A stretch of 64,000 bases of DNA from an uncultured Burkholderiales bacterium. GTDB taxonomy: Bacteria; Pseudomonadota; Gammaproteobacteria; Burkholderiales; Burkholderiaceae_C. How positions within the stretch are numbered: position 1 is the first letter of the stretch; the number at the start of each line of letters is the position of its first letter. The notes under the pieces are model-generated. The model ran no database searches, was not told the origin of the DNA, and saw only the letters and a list, made by a program, of their open reading frames with translations. Positions 45,255 to 55,194 of this stretch are shown here, piece by piece. The stretch lies in the NCBI GenBank assembly GCA_937871935.1, contig CALMQI010000096.1:1397-65396 (forward strand), read 5' to 3'. The position numbers and the translations under genes are program-made.

Positions 45255-45847
45255 CGGACCGCCAGCGGGTCGAGGCCGGCCGCACGCAGCAGATCGCAGG
45301 TGCGGATCAGCGGCAACCCCACCAGCGCCGTCGGGTCGTCGGACTCGATGGCCGCGGTCAGGGCGATGCCGAGCGTCTCGCACTTGGCACTGCCCGCGCA
45401 GTCGTAGGGCTGCTCGGTGCGCAGGTAGTGCTCGATCTCGGTATCGCTCAGGTCCCGGAAGTGCACGACCACCGGGACTGTGACGCTGCGTTCGAAGCCG
45501 GTGGCCGTGCAGACCACGGCCACAGCCGTATGGAAGACGACCCGGCGCGAGCGCATGGCGCGCAGCTGGGTCACGGCGCGATCGTGCGAGCCGGGCTTGC
45601 CCAGGGCCTGGCCATCCAGGTCGGCCACCTGGTCCGAACCGATCACCACGGCCAGCGGCGCCTGCACCGCCACCGCGCCGGCCTTGGCAAGCGCCAGGCG
45701 CAGCGCCAGCGCCGCCGGTGTTTCGCCGGCCCGCGGTGCCTCGTCGACGTCAGGCGCCATCACCTCGAAGGGCAGGCGCAAGCGCTCGAGCAGTTCGCGC
45801 CGGTAGCGAGAGGTCGAAGCAAGGATCAGGCGCGGCGGCTGGGGCAT
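45251..45847 (-). CDS. maf: Maf-like nucleoside triphosphate pyrophosphatase (YceF type)
   Basis: 198 aa: LILASTSRYRRELLERLRLPFEV...GAYGIQ-equivalent region DCAGSAKCETLG. It is divergent from yceD-rpmF, as in many proteobacteria. Confidence 0.85.
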   Translation of the reverse strand: MPQPPRLILASTSRYRRELLERLRLPFEVMAPDVDEAPRAGETPAALALRLALAKAGAVAVQAPLAVVIGSDQVADLDGQALGKPGSHDRAVTQLRAMRSRRVVFHTAVAVVCTATGFERSVTVPVVVHFRDLSDTEIEHYLRTEQPYDCAGSAKCETLGIALTAAIESDDPTALVGLPLIRTCDLLRAAGLDPLAVR

Positions 45848-45901
45848 GGAGTCGATTTTCCCATCGTCGCAACGCGTGAGTGGGCCCCGTACACTGCAAC
45901 G

Positions 45902-46453
45902 ATGAACAAGCGCGCGATCGATCCGCTCCGGCTCGACGTGGCCGCGCTGGCCCGGCAGGCGCAATCCGTGACCGGCGAATGGACCCTCGAGGCGCTGCCC
46001 CGGCTGGCCCAGAGCGAGGCGCTGCCACAGGGCCGCGCGAGCCAGCCGGTCGCCTGGTCGGTCCGAGGCGAATGGCGACCGGTTGCCGGTGGACCACCGC
46101 AGGTCTGGTTGCACCTGACCGCCCGGACCGACATATGGCTGGCCTGCCAGCGCTGTCTGCAGCCGATACGCACGCCGCTGATGGTCGAACGCTCGATCCT
46201 CTTCGTGGGCAGCGAGGACAAGGCCGAGGCGCTCGATGCCGAAATCGAGGACGACGTGCTGGCGCTGCCGGCCGCGCTGGACCTGCGCGCGCTGGTCGAG
46301 GACGAACTGATCCTGGCGCTGCCGCTCGTGCCGCGGCACGACGGCTGCCCGATGCCCGGCGGGACACCGGCTGCGGAGCAGGGCGCCGACCCGGCGCTGC
46401 CGCAGCCGTTCGCGGCGCTGGCGGCGCTGAAGGCCGGGCGGCCTCGCGGGTGA
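45902..46453 (+). CDS. yceD: YceD/DUF177 family protein
   Basis: 183 aa with the CQRCLQP motif. It lies immediately upstream of rpmF. Confidence 0.8.
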   Translation: MNKRAIDPLRLDVAALARQAQSVTGEWTLEALPRLAQSEALPQGRASQPVAWSVRGEWRPVAGGPPQVWLHLTARTDIWLACQRCLQPIRTPLMVERSILFVGSEDKAEALDAEIEDDVLALPAALDLRALVEDELILALPLVPRHDGCPMPGGTPAAEQGADPALPQPFAALAALKAGRPRG

Positions 46454-46487
46454 GGCGGGGCCGGCGTCGGTGCCGGCCGGCCGAGGC

Positions 46488-46493
46488 TATAAT
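46488..46493 (+). promoter_or_regulatory. candidate -10 element (TATAAT) for rpmF-plsX-fab operon
   Basis: A perfect TATAAT hexamer stands out in a GC-rich spacer 130 bp upstream of rpmF. No convincing -35 element was seen. Confidence 0.3.
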
Positions 46494-46624
46494 TCGACGC
46501 TTTTTCCGACCGGGCAGAGTGTCCGGGCGGGCCCGGGATACCGGCAGCGAGGGGCAGCAGGGCCTCGACACACGCCGCAACACCCTCGTCAGCCTCGTCA
46601 ACCGGGCGTCACTGGAGTCCTCCC

Positions 46625-46807
46625 ATGGCCGTTCAACAGAACAAGAAGTCGCCGTCCAAGCGCGGCATGCACCGTGCACACAATGCGCTCACGACCCCTG
46701 GCACGGCCATCGAGCCGACCACCGGCGAGGTGCATCTGCGCCATCACATCAGCCCGACCGGCTTCTATCGTGGCCGCAAGGTGCTGAAGTCCAAGTCGGA
46801 CGCGTGA
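46625..46807 (+). CDS. rpmF: 50S ribosomal protein L32
   Basis: 60 aa: [19 protein letters not shown]. Confidence 0.97.
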   Translation: MAVQQNKKSPSKRGMHRAHNALTTPGTAIEPTTGEVHLRHHISPTGFYRGRKVLKSKSDA

Positions 46808-46889
46808 CACCTTTTCGGCGTCCGGCTATGCCGGACGTTCGGGCGCTCCCGCTTGCGGCGGGCGCCCGCTTGGCCTACCGTCCCGGCGA

Positions 46890-47981
46890 GTGAGCGTCAT
46901 CCAGCCCCTGACCCGCGTGCGCATTGCCGTCGATTGCATGGGCGGTGACCACGGCCCTGCCGCCACGCTGCCGGCGTGCCAGGCATTCCTGCAGTCGCAT
47001 CCGGCAGCCGAGCTGCTGCTGGTGGGATCGAGCCAGGCGCTCGCGCCCGCGGCCGGCTGGTCGCGTTGCACCCTGGTCACGGCCAGCGAAGTCGTCACGA
47101 TGGACGACACCATCGAGGTCGCCCTGCGGCGCAAGAAGGACTCGTCGATGCGGGTGGCCATCGCGCAGCTGAAGGCCGACGGGGCCGGCTCGGCAAGTGC
47201 CGACGCCTGCGTCTCGGCCGGCAACACCGGTGCCCTGATGGCGGTGGCGCGTTACCTGCTCAAGACCCTGGATGGCATCGACCGGCCTGCCATCGCTACC
47301 GTGCTGCCGCATGCGCGCAACGGCTACACGACCGTGCTCGACCTCGGTGCCAACGTCGATTGCACGCCGGAGCACCTGCTGCAGTTCGCCGTGATGGGCA
47401 GCGCGCTGGTCACCGCGGTGGAGGGCAAGGACGATCCCAGCGTGGGCCTGCTCAACATCGGCGAAGAGGCCATCAAGGGCAGCGACACGATCAAGCAGGC
47501 CGCCGAACTGCTGCGCGCCGCCGCGGCCGGCGGACACCTGAACTTCCATGGCAACGTGGAAGGCAACGATATCTTCAAGGGCACCACCGACATCGTGGTC
47601 TGCGACGGCTTCGTCGGCAATGTGCTGCTCAAGACGGCCGAGGGCCTGGCCGGCATGCTGAGCGGCTTCATCCGCGAAGAGTTCACCCGCAACGCCTTGA
47701 CCAAGATGGCAGCGCTGGTGGCGATGCCGGTCCTCAACCGGTTCAAGTCGCGCGTCGACCCGCGCCGCTACAACGGGGCGGCCTTGCTCGGCCTGCGCGG
47801 GCTGGTGTTCAAGAGCCACGGCTCGGCCGACGCGTTCGCCTTCGAGCAGGCGCTGGCGCGCGCGTATGATGCCGCCCGCAACCGACTGCTCGAGCGCGTG
47901 CACGACCGCATCCTGGAAACGCTGCAAGCCATGCCCAACCCGAGCCCCGAGCCGGCGCGTGCGGAGGCAGGTGCCACATGA
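46890..47981 (+). CDS. plsX: phosphate acyltransferase PlsX
   Basis: 363 aa, with [12 protein letters not shown]. The rpmF-plsX-fabH synteny supports the call. Confidence 0.95.
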   Translation: MSVIQPLTRVRIAVDCMGGDHGPAATLPACQAFLQSHPAAELLLVGSSQALAPAAGWSRCTLVTASEVVTMDDTIEVALRRKKDSSMRVAIAQLKADGAGSASADACVSAGNTGALMAVARYLLKTLDGIDRPAIATVLPHARNGYTTVLDLGANVDCTPEHLLQFAVMGSALVTAVEGKDDPSVGLLNIGEEAIKGSDTIKQAAELLRAAAAGGHLNFHGNVEGNDIFKGTTDIVVCDGFVGNVLLKTAEGLAGMLSGFIREEFTRNALTKMAALVAMPVLNRFKSRVDPRRYNGAALLGLRGLVFKSHGSADAFAFEQALARAYDAARNRLLERVHDRILETLQAMPNPSPEPARAEAGAT

Positions 47982-48967
47982 GCGGCTCCGCGCTGCGCTA
48001 CAGCCGCATCACCGGCACTGGCAGCATGTTGCCGGCCCGCCGCGTGACCAACGCCGATCTGGCGGAGCAACTCGCCGACCGCGGCATCGAGACCTCCGAC
48101 GATTGGATCGTCGAGCGCACCGGCATTCGGGCGCGCCACTTCGCCGACGCCTCCCAGTCGGCCAGCGACCTTGCGCTCGATGCGTCGCGCCACGCGCTGG
48201 AGGCGGCCGGCCGCAAGGCCGCGGAAGTCGATCTCATCATCGTGGCCACGTCGACGCCGGACATGGTGTTTCCGTCGACGGCGACGATCCTGCAGCACAA
48301 GCTCGGCATCGCCGGCTGTGCGGCAATGGACCTGCAGGCCGTATGCTCGGGCTTCGTCTATGCGCTCGCAGTGGCGGACGCGATGATCCGCACCGGCAGC
48401 GCACGCTGTGCGCTCGTGGTCGGCGCTGAGGTGTTCTCGCGCATCCTGGATTTCAGCGATCGCACCACCTGCGTGCTGTTCGGCGATGGTGCCGGTGCCG
48501 TGGTGCTCGAGGCGAGCGCCACGCCAGGCATCCTGGCCAGCGATCTGCACGCCGACGGATCGCACCGCGACATCCTGTGCACGCCGGGCACCGTCTCGGG
48601 CGGCGCGGTGCTGGGCAACCCGCTGCTCAGGATGGACGGGCCGGCGGTGTTCAAGCTGGCCGTGCGCGTGCTGGAGGAGTCGGCGCGCGCCGTGCTGGCC
48701 AAGGCCGGTCGCACCGACGCCGACATCGACTGGCTGATCCCGCACCAAGCCAACATCCGCATCATGCAAGGTACCGCGAAGAAGCTGCGCCTGCCGATGG
48801 ACAAGTTGATCGTCACCGTCGACGAGCATGGCAACACGTCTGCCGCTTCGATTCCGCTGGCGCTCGACGTGGCCGTGCGCAGCGGGCGTGTCAAGGCCGG
48901 CGACACGGTGATGCTCGAGGGTGTGGGCGGCGGTTTCACCTGGGGCGCCGTGCTGCTCGACCTCTGA
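47978..48967 (+). CDS. fabH: beta-ketoacyl-ACP synthase III
   Basis: 329 aa. It has the active-site Cys context ([15 protein letters not shown]) and HQAN. Confidence 0.95.
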   Translation: MSGSALRYSRITGTGSMLPARRVTNADLAEQLADRGIETSDDWIVERTGIRARHFADASQSASDLALDASRHALEAAGRKAAEVDLIIVATSTPDMVFPSTATILQHKLGIAGCAAMDLQAVCSGFVYALAVADAMIRTGSARCALVVGAEVFSRILDFSDRTTCVLFGDGAGAVVLEASATPGILASDLHADGSHRDILCTPGTVSGGAVLGNPLLRMDGPAVFKLAVRVLEESARAVLAKAGRTDADIDWLIPHQANIRIMQGTAKKLRLPMDKLIVTVDEHGNTSAASIPLALDVAVRSGRVKAGDTVMLEGVGGGFTWGAVLLDL

Positions 48968-48996
48968 CAGCCGGACAAGACCGAACGACTTCGTCG

Positions 48997-49941
48997 ATGG
49001 CCATGCAACCTTTCGCATTCGTCTTCCCCGGGCAGGGCGCCCAGAGCGTCGGCATGCTCGACGCATGGGGCGATCATCCCGCTGTGAGGGATGTGCTGGC
49101 CGAAGCCTCGCAGGCCCTTGGCGAGGACGTGGGCCAACTGATCCGCGAAGGGCCCAAGGAGAAGCTCGAACTCACCACCAATACCCAGCCGGTGATGCTG
49201 ACGGCGGCCATCGCCTGCCATCGCGCCTGGCTGGCCGAGGGCGGTGCCGAGCCGGCGGCGCTGGCCGGGCACTCGCTCGGTGAGTACAGCGCGCTGGTGG
49301 CGGCCGGCGCGCTCACGTTGGCCGATGCGCTGCCACTGGTGCGCTTGCGCGCGCAGGCCATGCAGGACGCCGTGCCGGTGGGCACCGGCGCGATGGCGGC
49401 CATCCTCGGCCTGGAGGCGGTGGCAGTGGTCGAGGGCTGCGCGCGCGCGGCCGTCGAGTCGGGAGGTGTTGTCAGTGCGGCCAACTTCAACGATCCGAAG
49501 CAGACGGTCATCTCCGGCGCCAAGGCCGCCGTCGACAAGGCGTGCGAGATTCTCAAGGGCATGGGCGCGAAGCGCGCGCTGCCGCTGGCCGTGTCGGCGC
49601 CGTTCCATTGCAGCCTGATGCGTCCGGCCGCCGAAGCGCTGAAGGAGCGCCTCGCCTCGGTGCCTGTGGCCTCGCCGCGCATTCCGGTCGTCAACAACGT
49701 CGACGTCGTAGTCGCCACCGACCCGTCCGCCATCCGCGACGCGCTGTACCGGCAGGCCTTCGGCCCGGTGCGCTGGGTCGAGGTGGTGCAGGCCTTGCGG
49801 GGCCGGGGGCTGTCGCATGTGATCGAGTGCGGACCGGGCAAGGTACTGGCGGGCATGGTCAAGCGCATCGATGCCGAACTAGTGGCCGCATCGGTGTTCG
49901 ACCCCGCCTCGTTACGCGATGCGCAGGCGCTGCTGGCATGA
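48997..49941 (+). CDS. fabD: malonyl CoA-ACP transacylase
   Basis: ATG 48997. Motifs are FVFPGQGAQSVGM and GHSLGEYSAL. Confidence 0.95.
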   Translation: MAMQPFAFVFPGQGAQSVGMLDAWGDHPAVRDVLAEASQALGEDVGQLIREGPKEKLELTTNTQPVMLTAAIACHRAWLAEGGAEPAALAGHSLGEYSALVAAGALTLADALPLVRLRAQAMQDAVPVGTGAMAAILGLEAVAVVEGCARAAVESGGVVSAANFNDPKQTVISGAKAAVDKACEILKGMGAKRALPLAVSAPFHCSLMRPAAEALKERLASVPVASPRIPVVNNVDVVVATDPSAIRDALYRQAFGPVRWVEVVQALRGRGLSHVIECGPGKVLAGMVKRIDAELVAASVFDPASLRDAQALLA

Positions 49942-50684
49942 CTGACGCGCCGTCCCCCGTCGTCGCGCTGGTCACCGGCGCGTCGCGCGGCATCGGGCGC
50001 GCCATTGCGGCGACCCTGGCCGCTAGAGGGCAGTGTGTGATCGGTACCGCGACCAGCGAGGCTGGTGCTGCAGCCATCAGCGAGGCACTGGCGCAACATG
50101 CAGGCTGCCGCGGGGCCGTGTTGAACGTCACCGACCCGTCTGCCGGCGATGCACTGGTGGACGCGATCGTGCGCCAGGACGGCGGCCTGCATGTGCTGGT
50201 CAACAACGCCGGCATCACCCGCGACCAGCTCGCGATGCGCATGAAGGACGACGACTGGTCGGCCGTGCTCGACACCAACCTCAGCGCGGTGTTCCGCCTG
50301 TGCCGCGCAGCCATGCGGCCGATGATGAAGGCGCGCTACGGCCGCATCGTCAACATCACCTCGGTGGTGGGAGCCAGCGGCAATGCCGGCCAGGTCAACT
50401 ACGCGGCCGCCAAGGCCGGCGTCGCGGGCCTGACCCGCGCGCTCGCCCGCGAACTGGCCAGTCGGCGCATCACCGTCAACTGCGTGGCGCCGGGCTTCAT
50501 CGCCACCGACATGACCGACGCCTTGGCCGAACCGCAGCGGCAGGCGCTGCTGGCGCAGATTCCGTTGGCCCGGCTGGGCAGCGCCGACGAGGTGGCCTAT
50601 GCGGTGGCCTTTCTGGCGTCGGCCGAGGCCGGCTACATCACGGGGACCGAAATGCACGTCAACGGCGGCATGTTGATGGTCTGA
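49938..50684 (+). CDS. fabG: 3-oxoacyl-ACP reductase
   Basis: ATG 49938 forms an ATGA overlap. Motifs are ALVTGASRGIGRAIA and YAAAKAG. Confidence 0.95.
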   Translation: MTDAPSPVVALVTGASRGIGRAIAATLAARGQCVIGTATSEAGAAAISEALAQHAGCRGAVLNVTDPSAGDALVDAIVRQDGGLHVLVNNAGITRDQLAMRMKDDDWSAVLDTNLSAVFRLCRAAMRPMMKARYGRIVNITSVVGASGNAGQVNYAAAKAGVAGLTRALARELASRRITVNCVAPGFIATDMTDALAEPQRQALLAQIPLARLGSADEVAYAVAFLASAEAGYITGTEMHVNGGMLMV

Positions 50685-50801
50685 AGCAGCTCTGAACCGG
50701 GCCGCGAGGCCATGGCCATGGCGGGGGCGGGCCCGGCCGGGCCGCCACGGCCCAGGCCGTAGAATTGCCCGCTGTTTGTAGAAGCCACTCCTGGAGGAGT
50801 C

Positions 50802-51041
50802 ATGAGCGATATCGAAGCGCGTGTCAAGAAGATCATTGCCGAGCAACTCGGCGTGCCGGAATCCGACGTCACCAACGAGAAGGCCTTCGTGGCCGACCTG
50901 GGCGCGGATTCGCTTGATACCGTTGAACTGGTGATGGCCCTCGAGGACGAGTTCGGCATCGAGATCCCCGACGAGGAGGCCGAGAAGATCACCACCGTCC
51001 AGCTGGCGATCGACTACGCCAGCAAGCATCAGAAGGCCTGA
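50802..51041 (+). CDS. acpP: acyl carrier protein
   Basis: 79 aa. The phosphopantetheine attachment site [16 protein letters not shown] is present. Confidence 0.97.
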   Translation: MSDIEARVKKIIAEQLGVPESDVTNEKAFVADLGADSLDTVELVMALEDEFGIEIPDEEAEKITTVQLAIDYASKHQKA

Positions 51042-51050
51042 CGAACGACC

Positions 51051-52295
51051 ATGTCGCGCCGGCGGGTCGTTATCACCGGGCTCGGACTGGTCAGTCCGAT
51101 CGGCAACACGGTGGCCGAGTCGTGGGCCAATGCCCTGGCAGGCAGGCCCGGCATCGCTCCGATCACGCGCTTCGATGCCGCGCCGTTCGCCTGCCGCTTC
51201 GCCGGCGAGGTGAAGGGCTTCAAGGTCGAGGACTACATCCCAGCCAAGGAGGCGCGACATGTCGACACCTTCATCCAGTACGGGCTCGCCGCGTCCGTGC
51301 AGGCTGTGGCCGACGCAGGCCTGCCAACCGGCGATGCGCTGAGCGAGGAACGCGCCGAGCGCATCGGCTGTGTTGTCGGCTCGGGCATCGGCGGCCTGCC
51401 GCTGATCGAAGACACGCATGGCGAGCTCACCACCCGTGGTCCACGCCGTATCTCGCCGTTCTTCATCCCGGGATCGATCATCAACATGGTCGCCGGCCAC
51501 GTGTCGATCCGCTTCGGCTTCAAGGGGCCCAATCTGTCGGTCGTGACCGCCTGCACCACCGGGCTGCACTGCATCGGCGAGGCCGGCCGGATCATCGAGT
51601 ACGGCGACGCCGACGTCATGGTGGCCGGCGGTACCGAAGCGGCGGTGTCGCCGCTCGGCGTCGGCGGTTTCGCCGCGATGCGCGCGCTGTCCACCCGCAA
51701 CGACGACCCGGCGACCGCGTCGCGACCGTTCGACAGGGCCCGCGATGGCTTCGTGCTGGGCGAGGGTGCCGGCGTGATGGTGCTCGAGGAATACGAGCAC
51801 GCACGCGCGCGCGGCGCGAAGATCTACGCCGAGCTCGCCGGCTACGGCATGAGCGCCGATGCCAGCCACATCACCGCGCCCAATCAGGACGGACCGCGCC
51901 GCGCGATGCAGGCCGCGCTGCGTAATGCCGGTGTCAACGCGTCGCAGGTTCAATACCTCAATGCGCACGGCACATCGACGCCGCTGGGCGACATCAACGA
52001 AACGCAGGCGATCAAGCTCGCGTTCGGCGAACACGCGCGCAAGCTGGTGGTGAACTCGACCAAATCGATGACCGGCCATCTGCTGGGCGGGGCCGGCGGC
52101 ATCGAGAGCGTGTTCACCGCGCTGGCCCTCCATCACCAGGTCTCGCCGCCGACGATCAACATCTTCGAGCAGGATCCGGAGTGTGACCTCGACTACTGCG
52201 CCAATCAGGCCCGCGAGATGCGGATCGACGTCGCGGTGAAGAACAACTTCGGTTTCGGCGGCACGAACGGTTCGCTGGTGCTGCGTCGGGCATAG
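51051..52295 (+). CDS. fabF: beta-ketoacyl-ACP synthase II
   Basis: 414 aa: RVVITGLGLVSPIG; active-site Cys context (VVTACTTG). Confidence 0.95.
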   Translation: MSRRRVVITGLGLVSPIGNTVAESWANALAGRPGIAPITRFDAAPFACRFAGEVKGFKVEDYIPAKEARHVDTFIQYGLAASVQAVADAGLPTGDALSEERAERIGCVVGSGIGGLPLIEDTHGELTTRGPRRISPFFIPGSIINMVAGHVSIRFGFKGPNLSVVTACTTGLHCIGEAGRIIEYGDADVMVAGGTEAAVSPLGVGGFAAMRALSTRNDDPATASRPFDRARDGFVLGEGAGVMVLEEYEHARARGAKIYAELAGYGMSADASHITAPNQDGPRRAMQAALRNAGVNASQVQYLNAHGTSTPLGDINETQAIKLAFGEHARKLVVNSTKSMTGHLLGGAGGIESVFTALALHHQVSPPTINIFEQDPECDLDYCANQAREMRIDVAVKNNFGFGGTNGSLVLRRA

Positions 52296-52313
52296 GCGGC
52301 CGGGCCGCCGTCG

Positions 52314-52790
52314 ATGCCCGTGGCGCCCGCATTCAGTCTGACGCTGCAGTCGACCGCGCGCGAACGCGCTCTGCTGGTCGTTTGGTGTGCGCTGGCTGGT
52401 GGAGTGTCGGCCGCTTGGCTGGCTCTGCACGCCTGGCCGCTGGTGACAGGGCGCCCCGCTTTTGACGGGCTGGCGTTGGCAGCCGCGTCGGCAGCGGGGT
52501 TGCCCGCCGCATGGGGCGGCTGGTGCGCCGCGGCGGCCGCCCCGAGCCGACTGACGTGGGACGATGGGATCTGGACCTGTTCGGCGGTTGACGATGCCCG
52601 GGCGGCACCATCTGCCGGTCGGCTGGAACCGATGATCGATCTGGGAGTCTGGATGTTGTTGCGCTTTCGCTCGGCCGGACCGCGGCGGACACGCTGGCTG
52701 GTCGCGGATGCGACGCAGGCGGGCGCCGCCTGGCATCCGCTGCGCGCGGCGCTGTTCCAGCCGGCCGGCCGCGTGGCGGCCGAGGCCTGA
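52314..52790 (+). CDS. small membrane protein resembling YgfX/CptA (Cpta_toxin/DUF1434 family)
   Basis: 158 aa. Two N-terminal hydrophobic helices are followed by the C-terminal pattern MIDLGVWMLLRFRSAGPRRTRWLVADATQAGAAWHPLRAALFQ. This parallels, from memory, E. coli YgfX ...MIKTGMMLRLRSDGGKRQHLWLAADSMDEAEWRDLRRILLQ. Confidence 0.45.
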   Translation: MPVAPAFSLTLQSTARERALLVVWCALAGGVSAAWLALHAWPLVTGRPAFDGLALAAASAAGLPAAWGGWCAAAAAPSRLTWDDGIWTCSAVDDARAAPSAGRLEPMIDLGVWMLLRFRSAGPRRTRWLVADATQAGAAWHPLRAALFQPAGRVAAEA

Positions 52791-52805
52791 GCGGAGCCGA
52801 ACGGC

Positions 52806-53414
52806 ATGGCAGCGGAGGATGTCGACCGGGAACTGGTGGACCGCGCCAGGCAGGGCGACGTGCGTGCGTTCGAAATGCTGGTAGTCAAGTACCGCCGGCG
52901 CATCGAGCGGCTGATCGGGCGCATGGTGCGCGACTCCGACCTAGTGCAGGACGTCGCCCAGGAGAGCTTTATCCGCGCCTATCGCGCCATGCCGCAGTTT
53001 CGCGGCGACAGCGCGTTCTACACCTGGCTCTACCGCATCGCCGTCAATACTGCCAAGAAGGCGCTGGTCGAACTCAAGCGCGATCCGCTGGTCACCGAGT
53101 CGGCCCGGGGTGGGCGCGACGAGGATGACGAAACTTCCCGTGTGGAGAACGAACTAAGCGATGGCGAGACTCCCGAGGCGGTGCTGGCCAGCAAGGAAAT
53201 CGCGGCCACCGTGAACGCGGCGATCAATGCCCTGTCCGATGACCTGCGTCAGGCTGTCACGCTGCGGGAGATCGAAGGCCTCAGTTACGAAGAGATCGCA
53301 GACGTGATGAATTGCCCGATTGGTACCGTGCGCTCGCGGATCTTTCGTGCGCGGGAAGCGATCGCAATCAAGCTGCGGCCGTTGCTGGGCACCAAGGAAG
53401 GCGAGCGATGGTAA
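52806..53414 (+). CDS. rpoE: ECF sigma factor sigma-E (RpoE/AlgU)
   Basis: 202 aa: ELVDRARQGDVRAFEMLVVKYRRRIERLI...FYTWLYRIAVNTAKK...REIEGLSYEEIADVMNCPIGTVRSRIFRAREAI. Confidence 0.95.
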   Translation: MAAEDVDRELVDRARQGDVRAFEMLVVKYRRRIERLIGRMVRDSDLVQDVAQESFIRAYRAMPQFRGDSAFYTWLYRIAVNTAKKALVELKRDPLVTESARGGRDEDDETSRVENELSDGETPEAVLASKEIAATVNAAINALSDDLRQAVTLREIEGLSYEEIADVMNCPIGTVRSRIFRAREAIAIKLRPLLGTKEGERW

Positions 53415-53471
53415 TGATTCGCCCGCCGCTGCAGCCGGCCGAACATGTGCATGCGAATGCTGGAGAGTGCG

Positions 53472-54101
53472 ATGTCTGACGATGAACGGCGCGGGCACGA
53501 CGATTCCTCCTGGGAACAACTGTCGGCAATGGTCGATGGCGAAGCCGATGCGGCGCAGCAGGCGCGCTGCCTCGAGCTGTGGCGGTCACAGGACGAATGC
53601 CGTGCGCGGTGGCACGAGTACCAGCTGATCGGCGACGTGATGCGTTCCGAGGAGTTGGTAGGGCGTACCCATGCCGACGCCGCGTTTCTGCGCGGATTGC
53701 GCGATCGCCTGGCCCACGAGCCGGTGGCAATTCGTCCCGCGACTGACGGGCCTGTCCATCGGCACGCCTCGCGGTCCAGATGGCTCGGGCCGGTGGCCAT
53801 CGCGGCCGGAGTTGGCGCTGTGGCCTTGAGCCTGACGCTGCTGGGACCGGTCGGCTCCGGTCCCTCCGGCGATGCCATCCTGGCCGGCGCGGCGCGGCCT
53901 GTGCCGGCAACCATGGCGTCGGCGGTGCCCGTCGTGGCTCCTGCGGAGCCGCAGTTGCGTATGGTGAGCGGGCAGCTGATCCGCGATGCTCGGCTCGACC
54001 GCTATCTCGCTGCTCATCGTCAAGGCGCCAACGGCGCGGCGTTGCAGATGCCGGGTTCGGTCGTGCGCAGCGTCGATACCATTGTGCTGGAAGCCAAATG
54101 A
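53472..54101 (+). CDS. rseA: anti-sigma-E factor (RseA/MucA-like)
   Basis: The start is taken at MSDDE. The N-terminal RseA_N pattern is LSAMVDGEADAAQ...RWHEYQLIGDVMRSE, with a central TM segment. Position after rpoE supports the call. Confidence 0.8.
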   Translation: MSDDERRGHDDSSWEQLSAMVDGEADAAQQARCLELWRSQDECRARWHEYQLIGDVMRSEELVGRTHADAAFLRGLRDRLAHEPVAIRPATDGPVHRHASRSRWLGPVAIAAGVGAVALSLTLLGPVGSGPSGDAILAGAARPVPATMASAVPVVAPAEPQLRMVSGQLIRDARLDRYLAAHRQGANGAALQMPGSVVRSVDTIVLEAK

Positions 54102-55117
54102 CAAGCGTTGGCCACACCAGCCACTGGATGCGCTTGACGCTCGCGGTGGCAGCGACGCTGCAGGCGTTGGTTGCAGTCGCGCAGAGCGCCCCTGCGAGCG
54201 GCACCTTCGTTGATCCGGTCACCTGGCTGGCTCGCGTGCGGCAGGCGGCATTGACGCGCAACTACCAGGGCACGCTGGTGTTCAATGCCTCGGGTGTCGT
54301 GTCGAGTTCGCGGGTGGCTCACTACTGCGAGGGCAAGCAACGCTACGAGCGCATCGATGTGCTCGATGGCGAGACGCGCCAAGTGTTCCGCCACAACGAG
54401 GTGACGCAGACGTTGTGGCCGAAGGCGCGCGTCGCGGTGATCGAGCACCGCGACTTGCCCGGAGAGTTCCCATCTCTACCCGCGATCGACGCGCGGGGAC
54501 TCGAAGCCTACGAGCTACGCCTGCTCGGCACCGAGCGCATGGCCGGGCACGAAGCGCAGGTTCTGCTGCTGAAGCCCCGCGACGGCCACCGCTTCGCGCA
54601 GCGGCTGTGGGCCGACCAGTCGAGCGGGCTGCTGTTGCGTGCCGACATTCTGGGCAGCAAGGGCGAAGTGCTGGAGTCCGCGGCGTTCTCCGACGTCGTG
54701 ATAGGCGGCAAGGCCCAGCCGGAAGCGGTACTGGCGCCGATGCGAAAACTTGAAGGTTATCGCGTCGTGCGGCCGTCGGTGGTGCGCACGCAGCTCGAGA
54801 CCGAAGGCTGGAGCCAGGTGCGCGCGGTGCCCGGCTTCCAGCTGGTCAGTTGCCTGAAGCGTCCGCTGTCGGCGGTGCACGAGTCGAAGGCGTCTTCCGA
54901 CGCCAACGTGCTGCAGGCAGTGTTCTCCGACGGCATGACGCATGTGTCGGTCTTCGTCGAGCCGTTCGACGCGCAGCGCCACAAGCCGGTGGCCACCAGT
55001 CTCGGTGCGACGCATACCTTGATGAGCCGAGTGGGCGCGTGGTGGATCACTGCCATGGGTGACGTGCCGATGGCCACGCTGCAGTTGTTTGCCGCCTCGC
55101 TCGACCGCAGGCCTTGA
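54098..55117 (+). CDS. rseB: sigma-E regulatory protein RseB/MucB
   Basis: ATG 54098 forms an ATGA overlap. A signal peptide is followed by WLARVRQAALTRNYQGTLVF, typical of MucB_RseB. Confidence 0.85.
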   Translation: MTSVGHTSHWMRLTLAVAATLQALVAVAQSAPASGTFVDPVTWLARVRQAALTRNYQGTLVFNASGVVSSSRVAHYCEGKQRYERIDVLDGETRQVFRHNEVTQTLWPKARVAVIEHRDLPGEFPSLPAIDARGLEAYELRLLGTERMAGHEAQVLLLKPRDGHRFAQRLWADQSSGLLLRADILGSKGEVLESAAFSDVVIGGKAQPEAVLAPMRKLEGYRVVRPSVVRTQLETEGWSQVRAVPGFQLVSCLKRPLSAVHESKASSDANVLQAVFSDGMTHVSVFVEPFDAQRHKPVATSLGATHTLMSRVGAWWITAMGDVPMATLQLFAASLDRRP

Positions 55118-55194
55118 GATTGCCGGTCGAGCACCGACTTGCCAGGTACTTCTTCGAAGCGGCCGTTCGGCGGCCACAACGACAAACCAAGAGG

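Noticed and set aside
50685-50801. GC-rich repeats (GGCCATGGCCATGGC, GGGCCCGGCCGGGCC) in the fabG-acpP spacer
   Set aside because: These are short, low-complexity GC runs in a spacer that normally carries the acpP promoter and attenuating structure. There is no evidence for a distinct element.
49074-52736. 1220-aa minus-strand ORF, the longest in the window
   Set aside because: It runs antisense across fabD, fabG, acpP and fabF, all unambiguous on the plus strand. Its translation is low-complexity (R/G/A/P/H) and it crosses two intergenic regions. It is not a plausible gene.
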